Assembly: GCA_043744555.1 (NCBI GenBank)
Contig: JAYTUL010000042.1
Span: 5,854 to 69,853 of the forward strand
Direction: 5' to 3'
Source of the DNA: a bacterium
GTDB taxonomy: Bacteria > Patescibacteriota > Minisyncoccia > Phycocordibacterales > UBA6899
DNA length: 64,000 bases
Positions 9,161 through 18,754 of the stretch are shown piece by piece. Positions within the stretch are counted from its first letter, which is position 1, and every line of letters starts with the position of its first letter. The notes below the pieces were generated by a model that saw only the letters and a program-made list of their open reading frames with translations, searched no databases and was not told the DNA's origin. The position numbers and the translations under genes were made by a program.

Positions 9161-9190
9161 AAAAGCCGCACTCGCGGCTTTTTGTTTTAT
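9161..9190 (+). terminator. Rho-independent terminator
   Basis: AAGCCGCACTCGCGGCTT hairpin followed by TTTGTTTT. Confidence 0.7.
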
Positions 9191-9350
9191 CATAAAACTG
9201 CATATTGTAGGATATTAAACAAAGCGCAGAAAGAGTCCCGACATATGACCCACCTTCCTGTATTCTTCTACAGAAGCACATCGCAATAGCACTTCTGATG
9301 AACGCCATAATTCGTAAATATATAAGAGAAAATGTTAAGCTAAGTGAATT

Positions 9351-10454
9351 ATGCAAGAGTCGCTTCGGAAATTAACACATTTGCCCAAATATCGGCTTAT
9401 GGGGGGGGCAGTGGCGCTTCTTTTCCTCGCAGTTATTCTCTTGGGAGTATTACCTGCAAGTGGACAAAGTTTGAGCTATCGCCAAGGAGATTCATCTGCA
9501 AGCACATCTCTAGCATTGACTCATGAGACCTCAAGCATTGTCGTTCCTGAAATATTCCCCCTCCCGCTTGATGTTGCCGCCTATGATAGAAAAATGCTTG
9601 AACTTGCACAGGGGACCACAACCTTGCACTGGCCCCCAAAAGTAACACGCCCGAACGGCGGTGCAATTCTGCCGTTCAAACGAATCATTGCGTACTATGG
9701 CAATCTTTATTCGAAGCAAATGGGGGTGCTCGGGCAGTACCCCGAAGCTGAGATGCTTTCGCGACTCCAATCCGAAGTGAATCGCTGGAAACAGGCTGAT
9801 CCAGAAACTCCAACCATCCCCGCGCTCCACTATATCGTCACCACCGCGCAGCAGGATCCTACCTGGGACGGAAAATATCGCTTGCGCATGCCGCCTTCGG
9901 AGATAGACAAAGTTATTGCCATGGCAGAGAAGTCGCATGCGCTCGTGTTCCTTGATGTTCAAGTAGCTAAAAGCACACTACAGGAAGAGCTGCCACTCTT
10001 AGAAAATTATCTTAAACTTCCGCAAGTGCATCTCGGCATAGACCCCGAGTTCTCCATGAAGACCGGAGCTAATCCAGGGCGTATCATCGGCACCATGGAT
10101 GCATCGGATATTAACTACGCAGCAAGCTACCTCGCGCGCGTGGTGAAAAAATATCACCTGCCACCAAAGATACTCGTTGTCCACCGCTTCACCATGGATA
10201 TGGTCACGAGCTACAAGAAGATAAACCCACTCCCAGAGGTGCAGATAGTCATGGACATGGATGGATGGGGACCTCGCGCCCAAAAACTCGACACGTATAA
10301 ACAGGTCGTGACCAATCAACCCGTACAATTTTCAGGTTTTAAATTGTTCTATAAAAATGATCTCCGCGGCAGCAAAAGCGCGAGTACGACGATTATGAGC
10401 CCAAGCGAAGTCCTCAAACTTCGGCCAAAGCCCTCGTATATTCAGTACCAATAG
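9351..10454 (+). CDS. Exported/membrane-anchored hypothetical protein
   Basis: 367-aa ORF with an N-terminal TM/signal segment and no domain I can name with confidence. Confidence 0.5.
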   Translation: MQESLRKLTHLPKYRLMGGAVALLFLAVILLGVLPASGQSLSYRQGDSSASTSLALTHETSSIVVPEIFPLPLDVAAYDRKMLELAQGTTTLHWPPKVTRPNGGAILPFKRIIAYYGNLYSKQMGVLGQYPEAEMLSRLQSEVNRWKQADPETPTIPALHYIVTTAQQDPTWDGKYRLRMPPSEIDKVIAMAEKSHALVFLDVQVAKSTLQEELPLLENYLKLPQVHLGIDPEFSMKTGANPGRIIGTMDASDINYAASYLARVVKKYHLPPKILVVHRFTMDMVTSYKKINPLPEVQIVMDMDGWGPRAQKLDTYKQVVTNQPVQFSGFKLFYKNDLRGSKSASTTIMSPSEVLKLRPKPSYIQYQ

Positions 10455-11343
10455 CGGTCACTGTCCCTACTGAGCGGTTATTGTTCATTTGACCAAGCCC
10501 GCCTAAAAGACCGACATCAAAAAGGTGTTGGCCATATAAGCGAGCCCGGGTTGGCTACACGCAAACTCAACTTCAGAAAATCGATGAGGGTGTTTTTTAG
10601 AGTCTCAGTCAGTGTGGGTTAAAACCCTAGCCTAGAGGCGAAGGATTCAGTATGTATCTTGCGAACAATCATAATCGCCTAACAAAATAATTCTCGCATT
10701 ACTACTCTCATTAAATTCATGAGGGTTGTGTATTGCATTGTAATTTTTGATCTATTCCTGACTTCAGTCTGGTTTCATCCTGTGTGCTAGAGCGCACAGT
10801 GGTTGAGTTATGACAAGCGAGATGTCACAATACCAAAACGAGGTGAAAGCTGAATCAATACTTAAGAATCCCCAATTATCTATCATGCTCGCCGTTATGA
10901 CTCATGAGACTTGAGAGTGGAGGATTGCACTCTTCCTCAGTGTTTGTGTTAAATGGTGGAGTGATGCTGTATGTCGAAAGCAGGATGACCCGCTCTTCAT
11001 TTCGGCTCCTGTGCGTGATCGGTTTTTTTGTTCAGACTTTTTATTGCGCGTTTCATTTTTCATATGTTCATTGTTGTTTGACAATAAACAGAGACAACCG
11101 TTTGGAGGCTGCGGCTCTGCTATATTTGGAGGATTCGCTATTTTTGAATTGTAGCTAGGAGTACTTGAGCGTCCACGGCAACATGCACTTCTGGCACTCT
11201 TGTGTGAATGCGAAAATGCGAGAACTTGTCTCATCGTAAGCACTGATTTACTTATGCAATGACGAAAGATCATTCGCATGGGTAAATCATTAAGAATGGA
11301 TAAGGCCTGCACGCGAAAGTGTAAAAAATGCATACTATAACGT

Positions 11344-11424
11344 GCACGCCCATCCTCTTAAACAGTTGAGTAAACCCTGAAAATAAAATAGTTGGGTTCC
11401 ACATATTTAAGAGGAGGGGCGTGC
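11344..11424. repeat. 81-bp element bounded by 19-bp inverted repeats with one mismatch (GCACGCCCATCCTCTTAAA ... TTTAAGAGGAGGGGCGTGC). A second 9-bp IR follows at 11422-11452
   Basis: Read directly. It lies in a 1.25-kb non-coding stretch (10455-11704). Confidence 0.4.
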
Positions 11425-11677
11425 AAATTTAAATCGTGATGGGAAATTTGCACTAAAAAATATATCAAGCAAGAAAACATACAAACAAAAACAATGAACT
11501 AGATGAAAATGCTTGCAAGTCATTTCTGCTCTTCTATCACATAGTTTACAAGAAGTGTATGAAGAGATTGTGAAATACATAAAAAATTGCTCTATGGACA
11601 TGATGAACGTAAAGCCTAAAGAAAGAGGAAATTTGCGCACAAAAAAAGAGGTCATTTCTTCCACTTAATACGTTGCC

Positions 11678-11700
11678 AAAACTGACCCCACAAATAGGGT
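11678..11700 (-). terminator. Hairpin terminator just downstream of the histidine kinase gene
   Basis: CTGACCC-CACAAATA-GGGTCAG followed by TTTTGG on the minus strand. Confidence 0.5.
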
Positions 11701-11704
11701 CAGT

Positions 11705-12742
11705 TTATTTTGGAAATCGAACGGTAAAGTTGCTGCCTTTACCCACCACACTCTCGACTTCTATTGTCGCGTCGTGCATCTTTACTATCTTGCGAACTAT
11801 CGTAAGCCCGAGACCACTCCCGCCCTTGGGGCCGTTTGCGTCCTTGTAGAACACTTCGAAGATGTGAGGGAGGTCGCTTTGCGATATGCCGCGGCCATTG
11901 TCACTTACTGAGAGGGCGGTATAGAGATTAAAATTTTCTGCCGAAAGAAGGATGGATCCGCCACGCGGAGAATTTGCGATCGCATTTTTTGTTAGGTTCA
12001 CGAGCATTTCCTCAAGTGCAGTGAAATTGCCCCATACCTTTACTGGCGTTCCCGCGCTCACCTCAATACCAACACCTGCCGCCGCCGCTTGGGTAGAAAG
12101 TAGATTTTTTGTCTTCTTTATGACATGGGTGATATCGATGGGTGACATCTCGAGATTCAATTCGTTCTCAAATGCGGCGAAGTGGATGAAGAACTCGATG
12201 ATGTTGGCCATGCGGTCCACCTCTTCGGTGATGCTTTTAGTAAGATCCCTGACCTGCTCAGTCGTAAGCATTTCACTGTACATTCGCGCTACCTCCGCAG
12301 TCGTTTTCATTACAGAAAGGGGAGTGCGAAGTTCGTGAGAGACATTTGCGGTAAAGTATTTTTGCTTCTGGCGCACGAGCTCAAATGGCTCGACAACGAT
12401 ACGCGTTAGTGTGTATGCGCTGAATGCGATGAAGCAGAACGCTAATAACTGTATTGCCGCACTCGCATCACGTAACGCTTCAAGGCTATGCGTTTCCAAG
12501 AGCGCGATCTTTTGGCCCAAGCTATAGTCAATGAAGAAATGATAGCCTAATTGTGTGAGAGTTGGACTGGTGATCAGATCAACTAGGGAATAGACAGTAA
12601 ATATGACGAGCATGAACACGAGAAAGAATTTCGTCTCGGTATTAGCAAGAATTCTCCGCAAGTTCCTGCCAATGATTCTATTCTTTGATCGTATAACCCA
12701 CCCCTCTAATAGTCTCCAATAATTTTTTTGAGTATCCTTCAT
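11705..12742 (-). CDS. Sensor histidine kinase (HisKA + HATPase_c)
   Basis: H-box FTANVSHELRTPLSV, N-box NLTKNAIANSP, G-boxes DNGRGI and GSGLGLTIVRKIV, and two N-terminal TM helices. Confidence 0.85.
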   Translation of the reverse strand: MKDTQKNYWRLLEGWVIRSKNRIIGRNLRRILANTETKFFLVFMLVIFTVYSLVDLITSPTLTQLGYHFFIDYSLGQKIALLETHSLEALRDASAAIQLLAFCFIAFSAYTLTRIVVEPFELVRQKQKYFTANVSHELRTPLSVMKTTAEVARMYSEMLTTEQVRDLTKSITEEVDRMANIIEFFIHFAAFENELNLEMSPIDITHVIKKTKNLLSTQAAAAGVGIEVSAGTPVKVWGNFTALEEMLVNLTKNAIANSPRGGSILLSAENFNLYTALSVSDNGRGISQSDLPHIFEVFYKDANGPKGGSGLGLTIVRKIVKMHDATIEVESVVGKGSNFTVRFPK

Positions 12743-13352
12743 CTATTTTTTTTCTAAGATTTTTAATGTGGGCGTCGATTACGTTGCTGAGCGAGCTATC
12801 TGCAAAATCCCACAAATGCGCAAATATATCTTCGCGTCCCATAACTTGGTTGGGGTGGCGCATAAGATATTGTAAAAGTTCGAATTCTTTCAGAGTCAGA
12901 TCAATCTTGTTCTCCCCACGGGCGACCTCACGCGTAGTAGGGTTGAGGACAAGGTCGTGTAATTTTAAGATGCCTGGCAATGATTCGCGCGGTCTGCGCA
13001 GAAGTGCCTGCATGCGCGCATGCAGCTCCCCGAATGCGAACGGCTTGACTAAGTAGTCATCAGCACCGCTGTTGAGTGCGAGAATCTTGTCTTCGATGCC
13101 ATCACGCGCAGTGAGGATGAGGATGGGAAGTGTGACCCCAAGCGAGCGAACGCTTTTGCAGATCTCAAAACCGTTCTTCCCTGGAAGCATAAGATCCAAT
13201 ATAACAATGTCATAGTCGTTGCGACACATGAGTATTCGGTTCTCTCCACGGGGACCGTCTTCGATCACATCGACAGTATAACCCTCGTACTTTAAACCAG
13301 ATTTCAGTGCCTGCGCGAGCTTCTCTTCATCTTCGACGATTAATACCTTCAT
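12678..13352 (-). CDS. OmpR-family response regulator
   Basis: MKVLIVEDEE...DIVILDLMLPGKNGFEI...LILTARD...GADDYLVKPF in the receiver, plus a winged-helix C-terminus (...RGVGYTIKE). Confidence 0.9.
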   Translation of the reverse strand: MKVLIVEDEEKLAQALKSGLKYEGYTVDVIEDGPRGENRILMCRNDYDIVILDLMLPGKNGFEICKSVRSLGVTLPILILTARDGIEDKILALNSGADDYLVKPFAFGELHARMQALLRRPRESLPGILKLHDLVLNPTTREVARGENKIDLTLKEFELLQYLMRHPNQVMGREDIFAHLWDFADSSLSNVIDAHIKNLRKKIDEGYSKKLLETIRGVGYTIKE

Positions 13353-13525
13353 AAATGATGTGCGTGAGCGATTTGATAATTACTTTGATAGTGTCTCAAT
13401 AATATGCAAAGTGTATGAAATTTTCATGAAGATTTACCATCAATCAGGGGTTGGCTATTTGGCCTTTATTTAAGCCAGACTCGTTTTGTACTATAGTATA
13501 GTAGAGTAATTTTGTCAAGAATTGG

Positions 13526-13677
13526 AACGGACTCTCTCTCACCAAAACATGTGGTGATTGAATTGGAAGTACTTGAAATGGTGAGGACGTTAGAACTATT
13601 TTTGAGCACTTAAACGACTCTACTATTATATTCCAGTTGGGGGTTGGTAACAGTTTTTGTTAGCTATAACGGACTCT
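13526..13677 (+). promoter_or_regulatory. Three direct copies of AACG(G)ACTCT (13526, 13613, 13668) plus GAATTGGAA repeats in the divergent promoter region
   Basis: Read directly. The region lies between the response-regulator start (13352, minus) and the FMN-binding gene (13784, plus). Confidence 0.3.
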
Positions 13678-13783
13678 ATCCCGCTAAGGTATGGGAACTC
13701 AGCGTCCCCCGCATCCGAGAGCACACACAGGTTCGTCGTCTGTATTTCAGACAAAAGTCAGTAATAAGCGTATAGTAGAGATC

Positions 13784-14353
13784 ATGCAAAACACCAAACA
13801 GATCATACTCTCAGCCTCCCTTATTGCCGTTTTTATCCTTTTTGTCATTTATGAGAAACAAAATGCAGATTCTTCTGCTAACGCTTTCGTTGCACCCTTG
13901 GCTCAAGGCACTCCTACTGCCATCGATAAAACCCCAAGCGTGACACCCGCAGTACCTCCCGCAACACCCACAAAGCCTTACATACCAGCTCCAACTCCCA
14001 CGCAAGTAGCCATAAAACCAAGTCCCGCGGCTCCCGCTCCAGTTCCTGCGCCTACACCTAGGGTTGCCAAATACCAAGACGGCACGTTTACAGGAAAAGT
14101 TGCAGATGCCTATTTCGGCAATTTGCAAGTTGCGACTGTCATAAATAGCGGTAAGATCACTGATGTGAAATTTCTGGAATATCCAAACGATCAACCTGAG
14201 TCTCTTCAGATAAGCAACCGCACGATGCCTAAACTTAAGTCCGAGGCAATAAGTTCGCAGAGTGAAAAAGTAGATATTATTTCTGGAGCGACACAGACTT
14301 GCGAAGCATTCAATGAGTCGCTCGCAGACGCATTGTTGCAAGCAAAGGCATAA
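13784..14353 (+). CDS. Membrane-anchored FMN-binding (FMN_bind) domain protein with a flavinylation motif
   Basis: TM anchor, a Pro/Ala/Thr-rich linker, then DGTFTGKV...GKITDVKF...VDIISGATQTCEAF. The S-G-A-T motif is the ApbE flavinylation site. Confidence 0.75.
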   Translation: MQNTKQIILSASLIAVFILFVIYEKQNADSSANAFVAPLAQGTPTAIDKTPSVTPAVPPATPTKPYIPAPTPTQVAIKPSPAAPAPVPAPTPRVAKYQDGTFTGKVADAYFGNLQVATVINSGKITDVKFLEYPNDQPESLQISNRTMPKLKSEAISSQSEKVDIISGATQTCEAFNESLADALLQAKA

Positions 14354-14357
14354 GACC

Positions 14358-15107
14358 ATGAAGGAGACGAGACCGGTCATGGGTATGCCTATCACGATTG
14401 AGATATGCGACTTAAATACAGACGCACTTATAATAGAAAAAGTTTTTTCGTACTTTACGCGCACTGATGAGCGTTTCAGTACCTATAAATACGGGAGTGA
14501 GATATCACAATTAAACCGAGGTGAACTTTTGGAGCATGAGTTCAGCCCCGAAATGAAAGAAGTATTATTGCTAGCTGAAATAACTAAGCAAGAAACTCGA
14601 GGATACTTTGATATTTGCACACTGGATGGCCATTTGGATCCATCGGGTATCGTAAAGGGTCTCGCGATACTGCGCGCGGGAGCACTTATTAGGGAGGCTT
14701 CGTTTGAAAATTTTTATATTGAAGCAGGCGGTGATATTGAATCACAAGGATATAACAGTAGCGGGTTGCCCTGGCGGGTGGGAATAAAGGATCCATTCGA
14801 TCCAAAGCGCATTGTAAAGATCATTACCCCCAATGGCTCTGGTGTCGCAACCTCAGGCACATACGAAAGGGGGGAACATATCTATGATCCAATAAATAAG
14901 ACACGCACCGTGGGTGATATAATAAGCATCACGGTCGTGGGTAGAAATGTATACGAGGCCGACCGCTTTGCAACGGCAGCATTCGCCATGGGAAGTAAGG
15001 GGATAGCCTTTATAGAAGACACGCCGAACACTGAGGGCTACAGTATTGACAGTAGTGGTATAGGAACTATGACAAGTGGTTTTGATAAGTTTGTATCAGA
15101 TAAATAA
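14358..15107 (+). CDS. apbE: FAD:protein FMN transferase (ApbE family)
   Basis: VMGMPITIEI, SEISQLNRGE, SGIVKGLA, EAGGDI and ATSGTYERG are ApbE family motifs. Confidence 0.85.
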   Translation: MKETRPVMGMPITIEICDLNTDALIIEKVFSYFTRTDERFSTYKYGSEISQLNRGELLEHEFSPEMKEVLLLAEITKQETRGYFDICTLDGHLDPSGIVKGLAILRAGALIREASFENFYIEAGGDIESQGYNSSGLPWRVGIKDPFDPKRIVKIITPNGSGVATSGTYERGEHIYDPINKTRTVGDIISITVVGRNVYEADRFATAAFAMGSKGIAFIEDTPNTEGYSIDSSGIGTMTSGFDKFVSDK

Positions 15108-15112
15108 TATTT

Positions 15113-16633
15113 ATGCTTCTCACAATCGATAATTTTTTGAATAAGATAACGATGTATCGGCTGGTCCTTTATTATCTGACTGGACTTTTTTTTATCGCAC
15201 TTCTATTCGCAATATTCGGTATCCTTCCGTACTCGCCGGTTGCACTAGTCTATTCCCTTATCGTGTTACTTATGGCATGTGTACTCACGAACACATTGTT
15301 CGCACGCGTATTCGCAGTCGAGGCGAATGTTGAATCAACATATATCACCGCTTTCATTCTTGCCCTCATCATCTCTCCCGTTGCGGTAAGTGATATACAT
15401 GGTGGACTTTTCCTTGTGAGCGCGGCGGTCATCGCGATGGCTTCTAAGTTCGTCTTTGCCATCGATCGAAAGCATATCTTTAATCCCGCGGCATTTGCAG
15501 TCGCCATCACCGCGGCAACCATGGGTAACTCTGCAAGCTGGTGGGTGGGCGGCAATATCCCCATGATCCTATTTGTGGTGATCGGAGGAGTGCTCGTGGT
15601 GCGGAAGATTCGCCACGTCGATCTGATGGTCGCTTTTTTTGTAGCTGCGCTCGTAAGTGTTGCCTTATTTGCACGCGCGGGAGCCGACCCGCTACTGTCG
15701 ATGCAAAAAGCCCTTACACATTCGCCTATTTTATTTCTTGCGTTTGTCATGCTCACCGAGCCACTCACGACACCTCCCACACGAAAGCTGCGCATACTTT
15801 ATGCAGGACTTGTGGGATTACTCTATTCGCCAGCAGTGCACCTCGCGAGTATTTATTCAACTCCGGAGCTTGCGCTCTTGGTCGGAAATATATTTTCATA
15901 CTGCGTGAGCCCCAAAGGTAAACTTCTCCTTCGTCTGAAAGAGATAAAAAGCATCGCTTTCGGAACTCAAGAATATGTTTTTGATGCTCCCACAATACCC
16001 GAGTTCAAATCCGGTCAATATATGGAATGGACTCTAGGGCAAGCACACATCGATAGTCGTGGTAATCGCAGGTACTTCACTATCGCTTCCTCGCCCACTG
16101 AACCGACCATCCGTCTTGGGGTGCGCATGTACCCTAATGCGAGTACATTCAAAAGTACGCTCGCGACACTGAGTCCTGGTGACACCCTGATCGCAGGGCA
16201 ACTTGCAGGAGATTTTGTCTTGCCCGAAGATAAGAAACAAAAATTAGTTTTTATTGCTGGCGGTATCGGCGTAACTCCTTTTCGCAGCATGATCAAATAC
16301 ATGCTTGATACGAATGAGAAGCGAACAATCACGCTCATGTATTCGAACAAAACAGCGTCTGAGATCGCATACAAAGAACTTTTTGAGGAAGCAGCAGAAA
16401 AACTCGGTATTAAGAATGTTTATACTCTCACAGATGAAATTCCTAAGGATTGGAGTGGTCGCACGGGATTCATTAGTAGGACGATGATCGAAGAAGAGGT
16501 GCAGGATCACCTAGAGAGTATGTTCTATATTTCAGGTCCACAGGCAATGGTCGCCACTTTTGAGAAAACACTTTCAGAAATGGGCATTCCAAAGAGTCAT
16601 ATCAAAACTGACTTTTTCCCAGGTTTCGCCTGA
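15113..16633 (+). CDS. Fusion of an RnfD/NqrB-like membrane domain to an NqrF/FNR-like FAD + NAD(P)H oxidoreductase domain
   Basis: The N-terminal domain has KHIFNPAAFAVAI (compare RnfD NPFNPAM) and MLTEPLTTPPTRKLRILYAGLVGLL (compare RnfD [25 protein letters not shown]). Where RnfD has SGAT it has SMQK. The C-terminal domain has RYFTIASSP (RxYS FAD motif), GGIGVTPF (NAD motif) and YISGPQAM. Confidence 0.75.
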   Translation: MLLTIDNFLNKITMYRLVLYYLTGLFFIALLFAIFGILPYSPVALVYSLIVLLMACVLTNTLFARVFAVEANVESTYITAFILALIISPVAVSDIHGGLFLVSAAVIAMASKFVFAIDRKHIFNPAAFAVAITAATMGNSASWWVGGNIPMILFVVIGGVLVVRKIRHVDLMVAFFVAALVSVALFARAGADPLLSMQKALTHSPILFLAFVMLTEPLTTPPTRKLRILYAGLVGLLYSPAVHLASIYSTPELALLVGNIFSYCVSPKGKLLLRLKEIKSIAFGTQEYVFDAPTIPEFKSGQYMEWTLGQAHIDSRGNRRYFTIASSPTEPTIRLGVRMYPNASTFKSTLATLSPGDTLIAGQLAGDFVLPEDKKQKLVFIAGGIGVTPFRSMIKYMLDTNEKRTITLMYSNKTASEIAYKELFEEAAEKLGIKNVYTLTDEIPKDWSGRTGFISRTMIEEEVQDHLESMFYISGPQAMVATFEKTLSEMGIPKSHIKTDFFPGFA

Positions 16634-16665
16634 GCAGCAGTAACTCTGGTATAATTGTTTTTACT

Positions 16666-18342
16666 ATGAACGACCTGAACGAAAAGAAGGAAGTGGGTGA
16701 GATCAAGTCTTTTTTTAAGGGAGACGTTGAAGAAAGCGATGCAGTGCTCGATGAGTACAGCCATGACACGAGTCTCTTCACTGTGAGACCAAGCCTTGTT
16801 ACATTTCCAAAAGATAGTGCTGACATATCTCAGTTGGTGCATTATGTAAATAAAAAAAATAGCGAGGGGGGGGAACAGAAACTCTCTCTTACCGCGCGTT
16901 GTGCAGGTACGGATATGACCGGAGGCCCACTCACAGAGTCTATTGTGGTCGCATGTACGCGCTATCTCAATAAGCTGAGATCCATTGAAGGCGACATCGC
17001 AGTGGTCGAGCCTGGGATGTTCTATCGTGATTTTGATAAGGAGACCCTCAAACACGGACTGATACTTCCAAGCTACACTGCTTCGCGCGAGATAAATACC
17101 GTCGGGGGAATGGCTGCAAACAATTCAGGCGGTGAAAAGAATCTCATGTACGGTAAGACCGAGCGCTGGGTAAGGGCGCTCTCCGTAGTGCTCGATGACG
17201 GCTCTATTGAGATATTCCATGAGCTTACATCGGACGAGCTTGAAGCCAAGAAATCGGCAAGTAATCGTGCAGCCGAGATCTACCGCAAGATGCATGAACT
17301 CATCATCCAAAATTACGATGTCATCATGACCGCGAAACCAAATGTTTCGAAGAATTCTTCAGGTTACTACTTGTGGAATGTCTACGATAAAGAACGCGGA
17401 ACATTTGATCTTACTAAGATGATCGTCGGCTCGCAGGGAACGCTAGGTATTATCACCGAGATAACCTATGCACTCGTCAAGCCAAAGCCGCACCGACGCA
17501 TGATCACCATTTTCCTGAAGGATCTGTCTTTTCTTGGCACGCTCGTCAATCATGTGCTTTCATTTAAGCCTGAAAGCTTTGAGTCATACGATGACCACAC
17601 GTTCTCACTTGCCATGCGCTTCTTCCCTCAGATAGCAAAGCGCTTGAAGGGTAACTTGATCACGCTTGGAATTAGTTTTATTCCTGAGTTTTGGCTCGTC
17701 ATCTCGGGGGGCGTGCCCAAGCTCATTCTGCTTGCAGAATTCTCAGGCGACACCGAAGAAGAGGTCGTGCGCAACGCCACAGCTGCCGCAAAAGACATTG
17801 CAGACACATTTCATGTGCCTGTACGCGTGCTCCACTCTGAGGCTGAGGCAGAGAAGTATTGGGTCATTCGTCGTGAAAGCTTTAGTTTGTTGAGACAGAA
17901 TCTGCATGGAATGCGCACCGCACCGTTTATCGATGATTTCGTGGTTCGTCCTGAATTCCTGCCTGAGTTCATGCCAAAGTTGAATACTATTCTCGATAAG
18001 TATCATTTAATCTATACCATCGCGGGACATGTTGGGGACGGAAATTTCCATATCATACCGCTTATGGATCTTTACGACCCAAAGTCCAAAGAAATCATTC
18101 AGACACTTTCCAAAGAAGTCTATGAGCTCGTGTTCTCATATCACGGTGTCATCACGGGCGAGCACAACGACGGCATTATTCGTACCCCCTATCTTGAGGA
18201 AGAATTTGGTACTCCTATCTACGACTTGTTCATTGCGACTAAGAATATTTTTGATCCCAACGCAATTTTCAATCCCGGCAAGAAAGTCGGAGGCACGCTT
18301 GCTTATGCCATGGAGCACATCGACACTCGCAAAACCGCCTAG
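16666..18342 (+). CDS. FAD-linked oxidase (FAD_binding_4 / GlcD-D-lactate dehydrogenase-like)
   Basis: CAGTDMTGGPL is a PCMH-type FAD-binding motif and the size matches the family. Confidence 0.85.
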   Translation: MNDLNEKKEVGEIKSFFKGDVEESDAVLDEYSHDTSLFTVRPSLVTFPKDSADISQLVHYVNKKNSEGGEQKLSLTARCAGTDMTGGPLTESIVVACTRYLNKLRSIEGDIAVVEPGMFYRDFDKETLKHGLILPSYTASREINTVGGMAANNSGGEKNLMYGKTERWVRALSVVLDDGSIEIFHELTSDELEAKKSASNRAAEIYRKMHELIIQNYDVIMTAKPNVSKNSSGYYLWNVYDKERGTFDLTKMIVGSQGTLGIITEITYALVKPKPHRRMITIFLKDLSFLGTLVNHVLSFKPESFESYDDHTFSLAMRFFPQIAKRLKGNLITLGISFIPEFWLVISGGVPKLILLAEFSGDTEEEVVRNATAAAKDIADTFHVPVRVLHSEAEAEKYWVIRRESFSLLRQNLHGMRTAPFIDDFVVRPEFLPEFMPKLNTILDKYHLIYTIAGHVGDGNFHIIPLMDLYDPKSKEIIQTLSKEVYELVFSYHGVITGEHNDGIIRTPYLEEEFGTPIYDLFIATKNIFDPNAIFNPGKKVGGTLAYAMEHIDTRKTA

Positions 18343-18754
18343 CAAAGGTCGCAGCACTTGGCGCACTACTCGCCCTTCCTTCTTTGGGTTTGGAGGCAGT
18401 ATCACTCAAACACCAAATCTGTCCAGGACTTCGCATTGCACCCAATTGCCGCACCCTTTCGTCTGATCTTTGTCAGCAAGGTTTTTTAATTATATGAGCC
18501 AACGCGCAAGTAGCTAATTTCGATACAGTGCGAGGCGACAAGGTCGTGGCAACCAAAAATTAGAGTGATACATTAAAACTTATATAATCGGATGCATTGC
18601 CTAGTTATTAATGAAACAGTCAAGATTCAAAAAACGCGATAAATCGGATGGAGCGCGAAGTTCTGGACTGAGGGGGTGTTTGTGAAGCTGTACAGAAGTA
18701 CTGCTTCCAAACCCGCCGAAGGAAGGACGAGTGGGCCGCCGATTTTTCGCGTTT

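Noticed and set aside
8519-9193. 224-aa minus-strand ORF antisense to the Ala/Lys-rich secreted-protein gene
   Set aside because: It is a low-complexity Ala-rich shadow of a GC-rich repeat gene. The plus-strand frame has a signal peptide and a clean terminator and the minus frame has neither.
10940-11010. Possible tmRNA 3' end (CTCCACCA on the minus strand at about 10950)
   Set aside because: No T-arm (GGTTCGAATCC-like) or acceptor-stem pairing upstream of the CCA-like motif, and no tag-peptide reading frame.
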